A stretch of 64,000 nucleotides of DNA from Felis catus. Lineage: Eukaryota. This document shows, one piece after another, positions 22,672-35,780 of this stretch (position 1 is its first letter; each line of letters begins with the position of its first letter). The DNA is taken from assembly GCF_018350175.1 (NCBI RefSeq), contig NC_058368.1, forward strand, positions 104,658,001-104,722,000. Direction: 5' to 3'. A program made the translations under genes and the position numbers. A model generated the notes under the pieces. It searched no databases and had not been told where the DNA came from. It saw nothing but the letters and a program-made list of their open reading frames with translations.

Positions 22672-25600
22672 GGAGACTCAGTTTTGTTTTGTTTTGTTTT
22701 TGACTCAGTTCAGTTTTAATACACACATAGGCTGAAAGTGAGTGTATGGAGAAAGATACTCAATGCAAGTGGAAACCAAAAGAAAGCAAGTGTAGTTACA
22801 CTTACAGCAGATGAAATGGACATTAAGCCAAAAACTACAAGAGACAAAGTCATTATAAATAATAAATGGGTCAATTCATCAAAAGGCTAAAATAGTTGCA
22901 AATGTATGTGTACCCAACACTGGAGCATCTACATATATTAAATACAGATCTGAAAGGAGAACTAATAACACAATAATAGTTGGGGACTTTAATAACCCAC
23001 ATTCAACAATAGATAGATCACCCAGACAGAAAATCATAAGGAAACATTGGATTTGAGCTATACTTTAGACCAAATAGACCGGAAAGACATAGGTATAGAA
23101 CATACTATCCAATAGCAGTGAATACATATTTTTCTCAAGTGAACATGGATAGATCATATGATAGGTCACAAAGCAAGTCTTGGGAAATCTAAGAAGATTG
23201 AAATTATAGCAAATATCTTTTTCTATCACAGTGGTTCAAAACTAGAAATCAATAACAGGAGGAACATTAGAAAATTCATATACATGTGGAAATCAAACAA
23301 CATACTCATGAACAAACAATGGGTCAAAGAATCAATCAAAAGGGAAATATCTTGAAACACAAAAATGGAAACACATCATACTAAACCTTATGGGATGCAG
23401 CAAAAGCAGTTCTAAGCAGGAAATGTATAGTAATAGACGCTTACATTAAGCAAAAAGAAAAATCTCAATTTAACTTTTCATTTCAAGGAACTGAAAAAAA
23501 GAACAATCTGAGTCCAAAGTTAATGGAAGAAAGGAACTGACAAATAGCAGAGCAGAAATAGAGACCAGAAAACAATAGAGAAGATCAATCAAACTAGGAG
23601 CTAGGTTTTCAAAAACATAAAATTGACAAACTTTTAGTTAGCATACTGTGGAAAAAAGAAGACTCAAAATTAGAAATAAAAGAGTAGACATTTTAACTGA
23701 AAACCACAAAAATATAGACGATCATAAGAGGGTACTATAAACAATTACATGCCAACAATTGGATTACCTAGGAAAAAAATGGATAAATTCCTGAAATGTG
23801 CAACCTACCTACTTAGATTGAATCATGAAGAAATAAGCCTGAACAGCCCAATATCCTGTAAGGAGATTGATTCAGTAATCAGAACTTTGCAACAAAGAAA
23901 AGCCCAGGACTATCTGGTGAGTTCTTCTCAACATTTAAAAGAAACATTTCAAGAAGAATTAATTTTAATCCTTCTCAAACTTTTCCAAAAAATTGAAGAG
24001 GGTGAACAATCACAAAGTCATTTTACAAAGCCAGCATTACCCTGATACCAAAGCTAGATCAGGACAAGAAAACTATACAGCATTATCCCTGATGAATATA
24101 AACGCAAGCATACACAATAAAATATAATGAAACTGAATTCAGCTGCACATTAAAGGGATCATACACCGTGAGCAAGTGGGATTTATCCCTAGGATACAAG
24201 GATAGTTACAACATATTCAGTTAACAAATGTGATATCTCACTTTAAGTGAATGGAAGATAAAAATCATATAATCATGTCAATAGAAGCAGAAAAAGCATT
24301 TGACAATGTATGACATCATTTTATGATAAAAATTCTCAACAAACTTGATCTAGACAGAGTGTTAACCTAAAGACCATATATGATAAGCCCGCAGCTAAAA
24401 TCATACTCAATGGTCAATGTTTAAAAGCTTTTCCTCCAAGATCAGAAATGAGAAAAAGTTGGTTACTCTCACCACTCTTATTCAACACAACACTGGAAGT
24501 TTTAGCCAGAGCAGGTGTGCTAGACAAATAAAAGAACTAAATTGTCTCTGTTGGCAGATGGTATAATTTTATATTGAAAGTCCTAAAGACTCCACACACA
24601 CACAAAAAAAAACCTGTTAGAATTAATTAACAAATCAGTAAAGTTGTGGGATACAAAATCAACATACAGAAACCAGTTGTCTCTGTTCACTAACAATGAA
24701 ATAGTTAGAAAATGAAATGACAAAAATAATTTCCTTTATAATAGCAATAGAAACATTAAAGTACTTAGAATAAATTTAACCAAAGAGGTGAAAGATCACT
24801 ACACTGAAAACTCTAAGACTTTGATGAAGGAAATGAAAGAAGATACAAATAAATGGAAAGATATCTTGTGTTTGTGGACAGGAAAAATTAATATTCTTAA
24901 AATGTCACACCACCCAAACCGGCTAGACTCAATGCAATCCCTATCAAAATTCCTGTGGAATTTTTCAAAGAAATAGGAAAAATAGTCCTAAAATTTATAT
25001 GGAACCATAAAAGACCATAAGTAGTCCAAGCACTCCTGAGGAAGAATTGGAGGAATCGCACTTCCTGATTTCAATCTATATTGTAACATCATTACAATAC
25101 AAAATGATGTTCATCAAAACAGTAGAGTATTGGCATAAACATAGACACATAAGCCAGTGGACCAGCAGAGACCAGAAATCCATGAATAATTTTCAAGTAA
25201 TATTTGACAAAGGAGCCAAGAATACTCAATGGGGAAAGAGCAATCTCTTCAACAGATAGTGTTGGGAAAACTGGATAATCACACACAAAAGAATGAGATT
25301 GGACCCCCATCACAGACTGTTCACAAAAATTAACTCAAAATGGATTAAAGGCTTGAACATAGACCTGAAATTATAAAAGTTGTAAACTAAAACAGGGAAA
25401 AGGCTCCTCGGCGTTGGTCTTGGCAATGATTTCTTTTGATACGACACCAAAGTCACAAGTAACAACAACAACAAAAATAAATGAGACTGCATCAAACTAA
25501 AAATCTTCTGCACAGCAAAAGAAACAATCAACAAAATGAAAAGGCAACCTATAGAATGTGAAAAAACATTTGCCAACTTGTATCTCCTAAAGGGTTAATA

Positions 25601-26285
25601 TCCAAACTGTATAAGGAACCTATACAGCTCAATAGCAAAAAACAAAAACAACCAAATAATTCCATTACAAATTAGTAGAGGACCTGAATAGACATTTTTT
25701 TCCCCCAAAGAAGACATACATATGGCCAACAGGTACATGGAAAGGTGTTCCATATCACTAAGCATCAGGAAACTGCAAACACATTTCAAAACCACTATGA
25801 ACTGTCACTTCACACCTGTTAGAATGGCTGTTCTTATAACACAAGAGATGACACGTGTTGGTGAAGATGTGGAGGAAAGGCAACCCATGTGCACTGTTGG
25901 TGGGACTGTAAATTGGTTCAGCCATTATGAAAACAGTGAGGAGTTTCCTCAAAAGATTAAAAGTATAACTAACATATGATCCATCAATCTCACTTCTGGG
26001 TATATATCCAGAGGAAGTGAAATTAGGATCTTGAAGACATATGTGCACCCGCCCCCCACCATGTTCAGTGCAGCCTTAGTCACAACAGTCAAGGTATGGA
26101 ACCAGCCTCACAAGGGATTAATATGAAAATTATATAGAGAATACCTATACTCTGCAACAGTACAAAACAATCCAATTCCAAAATGGACAAAGAACTTGAA
26201 TAGGCATTTCTCTGAAGAAGGTTAACAACCAATAAGCACATGAGAAGATGCTCAACATCAGTAATCACTACAGAAATGAAAGTCA

Positions 26286-26400
26286 GGGGGCACCTGGTGG
26301 CTCACTTGGTAACACATCTGACTCTTGATCTCAGCTCAGGTCTTGATCTTAGGGTCATGAGTTCAAGCTCTGCGCTGGGCGTGAAGCCTAATTAAAAATA
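26286..26400 (+). mobile_element. Short Can-SINE in nested L1
   Basis: SINE head; TSD-like GAAATGAAAGTCA / GGAATGCGAGTCA. Confidence 0.8.
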
Positions 26401-27110
26401 TCTCTAGGAATGCGAGTCAAACCACAATGAGATACCATTTTAAATCCATTAGGATGGCTACTATTGAGAGAAAATAGAGAATAGTAAGTGCTGGTAAAGA
26501 TGTGGAGAAATTGGGACCCTTGTGCACTGCTGTTGAGAATTTAAAATGGTATATCCACTGTGGAACACAGGATGGTGGAACCTCAAAAAAAAATGACATC
26601 ACCCTATGATCTAGCAATTCCGCTTCTGGATATATACTCAGAAGAACTGAGAGCAAGATTAACTCAAGAGTTACTTGTACACCTGTATTTATATTGGCAT
26701 TATCCACAGCAAGTAAAACATGGAAGTGACTCAAGTGTCTGTTGGATAAATAGATAAACAATATATGACACACACGTACAATAGAATATTATTTAACCTT
26801 GGGAGGGAGAGAAATTCTGACATAGGGTACAACATAGATGAACTGTGAGGATATTATGTTAAGTGAATTAAAGCCGTTACAAAAAGACAGATACTGTGTG
26901 GTTCCACTTTTATAAGTTATGTAGAGATGTCAAATTTATAGAGACAGAAATTAAAATGGTAGTTGACAGGCATTGGGAAAAAGTGGAGAAAAGGGATTTA
27001 TCACTTAATGGTATAGAGTTTCATATATGTGAGAGGCAAATATTTTTTTCAAGGTGAAAAGTTCGGATTGTGGTGATGGTTGCATGACAATATGTATTTA
27101 CTTATTACTA

Positions 27111-27307
27111 TTTTTTAAAATATTTTTTGAGAGAGAGGGAGAGAGGGGGCTGGGGGCAGAGAGAGATGGAGAGAGAGAATCGCAAGCAGGCTTTGTGCTG
27201 TTAGTGCAGAGTCTGACACAGGGCTTGATCTCACGAACGGGGAGATTATGATCTGAGTCAAAATCAAGAGTTGGGATGCTTAACTGACTGAGCCACCCAG
27301 ACGCCCC
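27111..27307 (-). mobile_element. Can-SINE in nested L1
   Basis: TSD TACTTATTACTA on both sides. Confidence 0.9.
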
Positions 27308-28719
27308 ATACTTATTACTATTAACTGTACACTTAAAATAATTAAATAGTAAATTTCAGGTTTGTGTATTTTACCACAATTAAAACCATTTTATTAAAAA
27401 TGCGAATTTTAAAAATGAAAAAAAAAAAGATGTGGAACAGCCTCAATGCCCTTTCAGAGATGAATAGATAAGGAACCTATGGTATATATCTATAAAATGG
27501 AATATTATTTTCATCACAAACAAGAAGGAAATCCTGGTACTTGCCACAATGTGGATGGACCTTGAGGGCATTATGCTAACGAAATAAATCAGAGAAATAC
27601 AAATACTGTAGAATATCACTTATATGTGGATTCTAATTAAGGTGAATGGATAGAAACATACAATAGAATGGTATTGGGAGATACCAATGTAATGGGAGAT
27701 AGATGGGGTAATGGGGTAATGGGAGATAGAAGAAATGGGGATATGTGGTCAAAGGGGATAAACTTCCAGTTAGAATGTGAATAAATTCTGGGGAACCAAT
27801 GTACAGCATGGTAAGTGTAGTTAACACTACTGTATTGTATAATAAAAAAAGTTCCAAAGAGCAAATCTTAAATGTTCTCACCATGAAAAAGCAATGGTAA
27901 TTATGTGACATGATGGAGGTGTTAAATAACCTTACTTTGCGGTAATCCTATCACAATGTAAAAGTGTCTCAAATAATCAGATTATAGACCTTAACTTTAG
28001 ACAATCTTATAGGTCCTTAGAGCTCAATAAAGCTGAAAAATCATCTTTCAGAGGTAACAGGTAAATTTAACAAAAAACAACAAAAATGAAACCGAAAAAA
28101 TTGGAAGACACTACACTAAGGGGAATACACAGGTGGATGTTGCCCGTCTCCCCAAGAATAACAAGATCCTTCCTATCTGTGGAGACATCTTACATAAGGG
28201 AAGACAGAAAAATGCTCTTAACTTCTAATTCATGGTCAAGTGCTGTAGATACAATTTTCTTGTTCATTGTCCTGTCTCTTCCTTTCTTCCCACCAATATC
28301 TTTAAAAGAGAGTAATCTTTTTAAAAAGGTAGAAAGAGTCATCCTTGCGAAGGAAGTATAAAGCAAATCTAGGTCAGTCTCAGGGAGAGACTGAAAGGAG
28401 GGAGTCAGAGGGGACACTCAAGGGACCTGAACTCCACCTTGCTAATTCTCCCGATCCTTTGGCTGAGTCTTATGATTAAAGAAACAGCCTGTTTCATTCT
28501 GGCCTGTATTCATACTAGGGGGAAAGATGAAGCTATTTACACCCAAAAGCTTCTAAGACTCCTGAGCAGAGACTCTAGGGAAAATCGAATCCTACAAAGC
28601 AGGTTTTCAAGGTCAATGGGGGAAAAAGTGAGTAAACCTAGCACATTTGGTGAAATTTAGAGAGCCACAGTGGGCTGTCAGGAGACTAGAATAGGTAAAT
28701 GTAGTTCTCAGGCAGGTGA

Positions 28720-28880
28720 AACAGTGGAGAGAGCAAGGTCTTTGGAATCAGACCTGTGTCTCTTACTACCTATGAGATCATGGGAAAGTTAATTGATCTT
28801 TCTGAGCCTTCGTTTTCTGTGAAACAGCAATAAAACTTTCTGTTGTTAGGATTGAATGAAGTGAAAAATGTGAACTTTGT
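28720..28880 (+). mobile_element. MIR fragment
   Basis: CAGTGGAGAGAGCAAGGTCTTTGGAATCAGACCTG..GGGAAAGTTAATT..TCTGAGCCT. Confidence 0.65.
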
Positions 28881-28959
28881 GCCGTATTTATAAATTAACA
28901 CTCTGCAACGCGCCCTCCTTTTTTTCTTTCCTTTGGTGATGGGAAGGAAGTAAATTCTG

Positions 28960-29820
28960 TGAACTTTAGTCTGTTGCTGTAACTAAGCAAGCTTTTAAAT
29001 CATAGATTTAAAGACAGGATTGAGAGCAGTACAGAGAGGAAGTCATGGGTGTAAGAAGCTAATCTTATTTGCTAAGAAGTAGAATTACTAGGCTGACTTG
29101 ATTTCCTTTATTGGAAATATTACCAGACATATAAATTAAAGGGATGAGAACACATCTGCATGTATAAGGTACTCGGGGAAAAAAATCCTATGAAGTCCTT
29201 GTGACTCAGATGAAAAAAGGAGGCTGGATATAGTGGAGTTGTAGCATTTATACGTGGTTGAATAGCCATACTACAGGATGAGAATAGATATAAACAGAGA
29301 ATAATGTCTCTCTGTTAGAATGTGTCTCTGAATTTTACCTGCTTCCATATGTTAAACAAGTATTTGCTGAAGAGTATTGTGGCTTGCCGATCAAATTTCA
29401 TATATCATGATTTTGAGCTGGCTAGCTAATATACTGGGACAGTCATTCGTTCCACCAAGATCTCAAATTTTAAAGATTGACAGCATATAGAAAAATGGAA
29501 TTTCAAAGGACTAAATGAATAGTCCTGTAAAATTACTATGAAAGTCCCAACTAATTGTGTAAATAATATTTTTAAAAGTCAGGCTTAATAGCAAATAGGA
29601 AAACTAATTGGAGTTTTAGTAGATTATAAATTCTCTGTTAACAGAATAGTATGGTCACCACCACCACCACCAAAAGCCCATAAAATCTTATGTTAATAAT
29701 ACTATAGTGTTCAGAACAGAGGTAGTAAAAAAAAAAAAAAACCCTCACTGTAATCCAGGTTGTTCAAGGCTTTATCTGAATGAAATGCTTCATGTGTTCA
29801 TTCTGGGTACCGCATGTGTA
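28960..29820 (+). mobile_element. CR1/L3 LINE RT-region remnant
   Basis: ACTTGATTTCCTT.., GGTTGAATAGCCATA, ATCAAATTT.., GGAGTTTTAGTAGATTATAA, TGTGTTCATTCTGGGTACCGCA resemble L3 consensus as recalled. Confidence 0.55.
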
Positions 29821-31957
29821 TCTTTCCAAGGTCTTTGGATGAAAGTGACAAAATGCAATTCTTTTCATCTCAAGCAAAATAAGTAACAACAAAGAAAAGG
29901 AATAAAAAACATCGAAACCATGTGGAGGAATTTTTTCAAAGTATTCTTTCAAAATAAAGGAAAAGACCTCCTCTTCTGGCTATACAAGAATAACTAGACT
30001 GGACTTATACTCCAGCTTTAAACAACCACAAATTGGACAAGATACATGAAAAAAACCCAAAACAACTCTTTCCAGACCTTGGGCAAGAGGACTGTGATCC
30101 CTGAGCATATGTGGTGAACCCCAGAATCTCTCCAGCTTTCTGACTAGAGCTACTTCCTGGACCACCGAGTAGAGGAGCATAGGGGAGACAGTGAGATGCT
30201 GAGAGGCTGATGTGGCTGGATTTCGGAGGGTGGTGTACCAAAGAAGAAAGATTTATAGGAGGAGAAACTTCCAGAAATTTTCATAGAGTCCTTGTATTGC
30301 TGAATCATAAGCCATGTTAAATCGGGTAAAACTGTATAAGATTAGGCACATACCAATCAGGAAACTGAAAACCCTTGTGGGGCTGATAAGCAGAGTGAAG
30401 AGTGCATAGTTTTCACTGAACATCTGGGGTCTTTGAATAGAGACCCCAGAAAGGTCGTACCTTATTGCAGTGTGGCAGTATGGGTCCACTCAGGAGATAG
30501 AAGCCACACTGTTGGTTAAGCAGAGGCATTTTAATGTAAAGGATTATTAATGTTAATGAAAAATGATGATATGGCCATTCTACATGATACTCTAGTGCCA
30601 AGAAAGTGCTTAAGAAAGGATAAAATTGGAAAAGGTGTAGACCTCCCTGAAGAAGGTATAGTTCAGGATACTGGAGAGCAAAGAAGTTCGTTGGTGTGCC
30701 CAGGCTAGAGCTGCTCTGAAGTCCCTAAGCCATCAGGAAGCAACCCTCTGGTGTGCAAGCAAACCACTGGTGATGAGTAACTGAGTAGTGTGAATAGTGT
30801 GAACATGGAGAGAGAGTAGGAGCTCTGTGGGAATCCTCTGGGCTGCATGTGAGCCACATAGGGGCCTGGAGAGGGAGCAGAATGTCAGTAGACACCCTCC
30901 AGTTCACAGGCAACAGTGCAGGGACTCACTGGGAAACCTCCAGGACGCAGATAAGCTATGACTGTGGTAGTAAAGAGGACACTGGAATGCCAGTGTGGGC
31001 AGGAGGCGTTGGAGAGATGATGTACGCAGAAGATCTTCAGGGCCCTGGTTTCTTTGTGGAGAGGACTGCAAAGTCCTCAAATAGATAAAGACTGATGACC
31101 CTTCTGCCTGACCAAGAGATCATGGGAAAACAATGATACAGACCAATATTCCTCCTGATTGAGCAAATCTAATAGTACATGAAGTCTATAATACACATAG
31201 GCAAAGTAGGCCTTAATGCAGGAATGCAAAAGAATCTTCACAATTCAACCAATTAACAAAATAAAGGAGAAAAACTATGCAATCACTTCAACTGGGGCAG
31301 AAAAATATTTGAGCAAACACAGCAGTCATTATGGTGAAAAAACTTGTAATGGTGGGACTTTTTCATCCTAATAAAATATGCGAAGTCCACAGCTAACATC
31401 CTATTTACTGGCAAAAGACTGGTTTTGCTCTAAGATGGGGAATAAGGCAAATATATTCATTTTTACAACTTTTATTCAACCTTGTCCTGGGTATCCTATC
31501 CAGAGCAATAAGTCAAGAAAAAGAAATAAAAGAAGCAAAACCCTATTTGTAGGTAGAAGATCCTAAATAACTTTAAAAAAAAAACTGCTAGAGCTAATAA
31601 GTAAATCTAGTCAGGCTGTAAAATATACGAGGCTACCACACAAAATTCCAAGTTTACTTCTCCATGCTAGTAATAATCAGAAACTGAAATTGAAAAATAA
31701 TTCAGCTTATAGTAGCATCAAAAATAAAAAGGAACTTAGGGATACATTTTTTAAATATGTGAAAAACTCGTATGCTGAAAAGTAAGAAATATTACTGAGA
31801 GACATTAAAGAAGACCTAAATTAATGGAGAGATACAACATGTTTGTAGATTGGAGGATTCAATACTATTCATGTATCAATTTTCTTTGAGGTTATCGATA
31901 TATACCAGGCATTTTCAATCAAAATTCCAAGGTGAATTTTTAAATCAGTGACAAGGT

Positions 31958-32165
31958 GGGGCACCTGGGTGGCTCAGTCGTTTAAATGTCCAACTCTTGA
32001 TTTCCACTCAGGTCATGATCTCATGGTCGTTGAGACAGAAACCCACGTTGGGCTCTGTTGCTAAGCATGGAGTCTGCTTGGGATTCGCTTTCCGCCCTGT
32101 CTCTCTGCCCCTCCCTTCCTTCCCCCGCCTCTCTCTCAACATAAAATAAAATAAAAATTTAAAAC
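31958..32165 (+). mobile_element. Can-SINE inside L1
   Basis: TSD CAGTGACAAG / CATTGACAAG. Confidence 0.88.
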
Positions 32166-32970
32166 ATTGACAAGCTAATTCCAAACTTTATAATGAAGTT
32201 TTAGAAACACAATCTTGAAGGGTTAAACAAATTTAGGAAAAGGAACAAAACTGGAAAATTTATTACACCTAAGTTGAAGTCTTAGTATAAAGCTTTAGTA
32301 ATCAAGACAGCATTGTATTAGCGTAGAATTGAAATATACATCAAATGAAAGGAGTGGTGAGTCCAGGAACAGACTCATTTTCATATGGCCAGTTGATTTT
32401 CGTGAAAGTGCCAAAGTTATTCAACTGGGAAAAGACAATCTTCTGACAAATGGTACCGAAACAACTGGATACCTCCATGAAAAATAATGGGCTTACTTCA
32501 TGCCATGTACAAAAATTAACTCTAAATGGATCACACACCTAAGCGTAACAGCTAAAACTAAACTTCTGGAAGAAGCCATAGGAGAGTATCTTAATGACCT
32601 TGGGGGTAAGCATTTTCTTAGACAAAACATAAAAACCCAACGATCAAATAAGAAATTCGTAAGTTTGAATTCATCAAAATAAAAAACCTATGTTGTTTGA
32701 AACACAACGTCAAGAAGTTGAAAGGCAAGAAACAGATCAGAAGGGTATGTGTACTACACGCATATCTGACAAAGGCCTGGTATTCAAAATATATAAAGAA
32801 CTCCTACAACACAATAACAAGAATGCAAATGACCTCATTAAAAAATGTGCAAAAGATTTGGACACTTCCTTGAAGGACAAATGGCATGCAAGCACACGAA
32901 AAGATGGTAAACACCTTTGATGGTCACCGTCATTAGTCATTAGGGATATGCAATTAAAGCCACAATGAGA

Positions 32971-33155
32971 GGGGCACCTCAATGGAGTAAGCGTCTGACT
33001 TGGGCTCAGGTCATGCTCTCACGGTTGGTTGGTTCGAGCCCTGTGTCGGACTCTGCGCTGCACAGATCCTGCTTCAGATCCTCTGTCTCCTTCTCGCTCT
33101 GCCCCTCCCCCACTCACACAGACCTTCTCAAAAGTAAATAAGACGTTTAAAAAAA
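32971..33155 (+). mobile_element. Can-SINE (diverged, internally deleted) inside L1
   Basis: GGCTCAGGTCATG..GTTCGAGCCC..CT tract..A tail. Confidence 0.8.
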
Positions 33156-34529
33156 CCCGTGAGATACCTCTGTATATCCAGTGGAGTCACCAAAATAAAA
33201 AGAATGGCAGTACCAACTGTTGATGTGGAGGAACTCTCCAACGTTGCTGGTATGAACGTAAGGGTGATACATTCACTTTGGAAAACTATTATATAATTAT
33301 ACACTTACTGTATAAATCAGTAATTCCAGTGCTTTGAAAGAAGAAAAATAACATCACCTGTCCACAAAGGGACTTGTGCAACCATGTTCCTAGCAGCTTT
33401 CTTCGTAATGAACCTAAGCTCAAAACAACCCAAATGTCTATCAACATTTGGTGAATGGGGAAACAAATTGTGGCATAGCCATCCAGTGGAATGGTACTCA
33501 GCAATAAAAAGAAACAGGCTGCTGATACAAACGACATCAATGCATCTCAGAAACATTAGGCTTAGTGAAGGAAGCCAGACACAAAGAAATACATATTATG
33601 TGATTCCATTCTAGAAACTCGAGAGAAGATGAATTCAATCTGTAGTTACAGAAAGCAGCTCAGTGGGTGGGGATGACATGGTGTGGGAAACACTTCAACA
33701 GGGTGCAAAGGAACTTTCTAGAGCAATGGAGTTATGCATCATCTTGATTGTGGTAGTGGCTACATGCATGTACACATTTGCTGAAAACTCATCGAGCTGT
33801 ATACTTAATATGAGTGCAACTCATTGAATGTAAATCATGTCTCAATATAGTTGATTAGAAAAATCAGAGGCAGTGGAGCAACCAAGTTCATAAAACTTAC
33901 AGCGGGGATAGCTTTGGGGATTAAGTGACACGAGCTCCTGGCCAAACTTCAGAACACAGTCATATGGTCAATCAGCTCTAGATTTGTGGTTCTGATCAAA
34001 CTTACACTCCTGGCAGAGAAGGTCTGAAGGGACTAGCTTAGGGCAGGTGCCCACTCTCGGACCTGGAAAAGCTGGACCATTTTGAGAGACCTTCAGATCC
34101 AGACTGCGCTAGGTGTGGCAGGAGTGGCCTCCAAAAAAAAAAAAAAAAAAAAAATGGAACTGCCGTTAACCAGAAGAAGGGGAAATGATGCCTGGTAAAC
34201 GAACAATGGACCAAACAAACGCATTCTTCCCTTGTGTATTTCCAGGGGTGTGACCTAGGAAGATGGTGATACATGCTTTATTCATTGAAGCATAATTTTG
34301 AGTATGGACTAGTGCCGATGCTTTTACCGACTGGAGGCGCATATGCGTTTGAGAGGTCTCCAAAAAGAAAGAGTTCATGCTAATATAAGGAAGAGAAATC
34401 TGGTAGGAGAGGATCGTCTGGCCTGGGCATGGAGCGCAAGCCTTTTTTTGGAGGGGTGGTGGAGGGGTGTGTGAGGGGTCATGAGAGAATGCAGCTTTAT
34501 ATAAGAAGTCTCCATCAGTTAAAGGTTTG

Positions 34530-35780
34530 TGTCCGCCTGCATCGTCTGGACGCGGGCAAGTTCTTTGGGAGGGAAGAAGAAGATGGACAGTTAGAGAAAC
34601 AGATTGCAGAATTGGCGTCTAGGCCAACCCTCAAACGGAGGAAAACCTTTTCTTCCTTCTCACGTTCTGTGATTTGTCTCCTGGGGCCTCCTTGGCTAGT
34701 CGGCAGAGGGAGCCATTCCCCAAGAAATCTCTGGGCGACGTCGGGCGGAGGGCCTGGATGGATTCTCCTGCGGGTCCCGGGAGTTCTCTTTGCCCCGCCT
34801 CTATAAAGCAGACTCCCTCATTGCCCCCCTCTCCCCGCGAATTCCTCGTTCCACCTTCCAACCACTTTGTGGCCGCAGCGCACGCTCTGGCACGCCTAGG
34901 TTACCTATCCCTTCTCCGTCCCCCATTCGCGCTCCTTCCCTGGCACCAGTGGGGACGAACCGTCCATCCAGCTGGCCGCTCGGGCGCTGTCCCCAGTACC
35001 TCAAGTCCTGCTACAGGGTCTAGAACACCTGCCAGGGACTTTGACTAGGGCGTGCGCGCTCATCGCAGACAAGCACCCTCTCCACCACCCCTTGGTTCAT
35101 TTCTTGCGGTGACTCCCCTGCCCCCACCCTTTTTGCCAACTTCGTGACCGGTCTCTCTGCTGGGGTCACTCCCAGGGGGTGGAAGCCGCTCCGGGCAGGG
35201 GAGACCCGCGGTCGGGACTCACAGTCTGGCCGGTAGGATCCTGCCGGGTGCTCTAGGGAGTGAGAGGCGCCAAGTGACACCCCCCAGTGGTCACTGCCCC
35301 GGCGGCGGCAGCTGCAGCAGCGGCAACTGCTCGCATCCCAGCCCCGGCTCGGGTTACTCCCCTCCTCCTCCAGCATCTCGGGCCAGACGGGGAAAGCCTG
35401 GTTGAAGTTTGCGACGAGTACTTCCCCGGTGCGCAAAACTAGGGGTCTGGAAACGCGCGGAGACCGGCCTCCTTTCCCGCGTGTCCACCTTGGAGCCTGA
35501 CCCCCCCCAGGTATCGCTCTCTTCAGGGACGCTACTTGGAGGCTAACTGCGCTGTTGGAAGAGATTTTGTTTCTCGGCCGGCGTTGGGTGAAAACCGGGC
35601 AGAAAGGGTTGTGCTGCAAATCTCAGGATCTCGGGACCTGGGTAAGAGTTGGGCAAACTCACTTCTGGCACCTCCTGGACCTTGGCCCGACGCTGGCTGG
35701 TTTGTTACGGGTTGGGGACATATTTTCCTTTAGTCTGGAGACCCGGGTGCCGTGTGAGCCGGGGCGGGATGGGCTCAGTC
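34530..35780. promoter_or_regulatory. CpG island / probable gene promoter
   Basis: Sharp rise in GC and CpG over repeat-free sequence; GGGCGG 34743-34748, CCCCGCC 34793-34799, TATAAA 34802-34807, GCGTGCGCGC 35050-35059. Confidence 0.85.
34830..35641 (+). other. Candidate non-coding first exon (5' UTR) of an unidentified plus-strand gene; start uncertain, may lie several hundred bp downstream
   Basis: No plus-strand ATG between 34761 and 35768; ends at donor TGG|GTAAGA (GT 35642-3) near the downstream edge of the CpG island. Confidence 0.55.

Larger units (their letters stand above)
26111..27426 (+). mobile_element. 5'-truncated LINE-1 (L1MB-like 3' UTR) nested in the larger L1
   Basis: Second copy of the ORF2 C-terminal region plus its own 3' UTR and A tail; TSD AAGGTATGGAACCAGCCTCA (26091-26110) / AAGATGTGGAACAGCCTCA (27427-27445). 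Confidence 0.8.
21851..28040 (+). mobile_element. Long decayed LINE-1: 5' UTR start, ORF1 missing, disrupted ORF2, 3' UTR (L1MA9/L1_Carn-like); contains nested L1 and SINEs
   Basis: GATGTCAGCAAGATGGC start; EN peptides KRHKVAEW..IYCLQET and GHKASLGKSKKIEII; RT motif LSPLLFN (~24464) and degenerate FADD region TTGGCAGATGGTATA (~24550); C-terminal [18 protein letters not shown] at ~28026. Confidence 0.9.
29985..33860 (+). mobile_element. Old LINE-1 (L1MD/L1ME-like): 5' region, fragmented ORF2 and 3' UTR
   Basis: ORF2-like peptides PCTKINSKWI, ISDKGLVFKIYKELLQ, KQPKCLST.EW.NKLW; 3' end TGTAAATCATGTCTCAATATAG; may be more than one element. Confidence 0.75.

Noticed and set aside
22380..26050. 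Reverse transcriptase/endonuclease peptides suggesting an active element or novel RT system
   Set aside because: Ordinary L1 ORF2 broken by many stops, frameshifts, deletions and a SINE; catalytic motifs are degenerate.
35020..35619. Longest ORF in the track (199 aa, minus strand) and other CpG-island ORFs
   Set aside because: Long frames are expected in GC-rich DNA. The peptide resembles no family I recognise, the start is not an ATG, and the splice and ATG asymmetry point to a plus-strand UTR.
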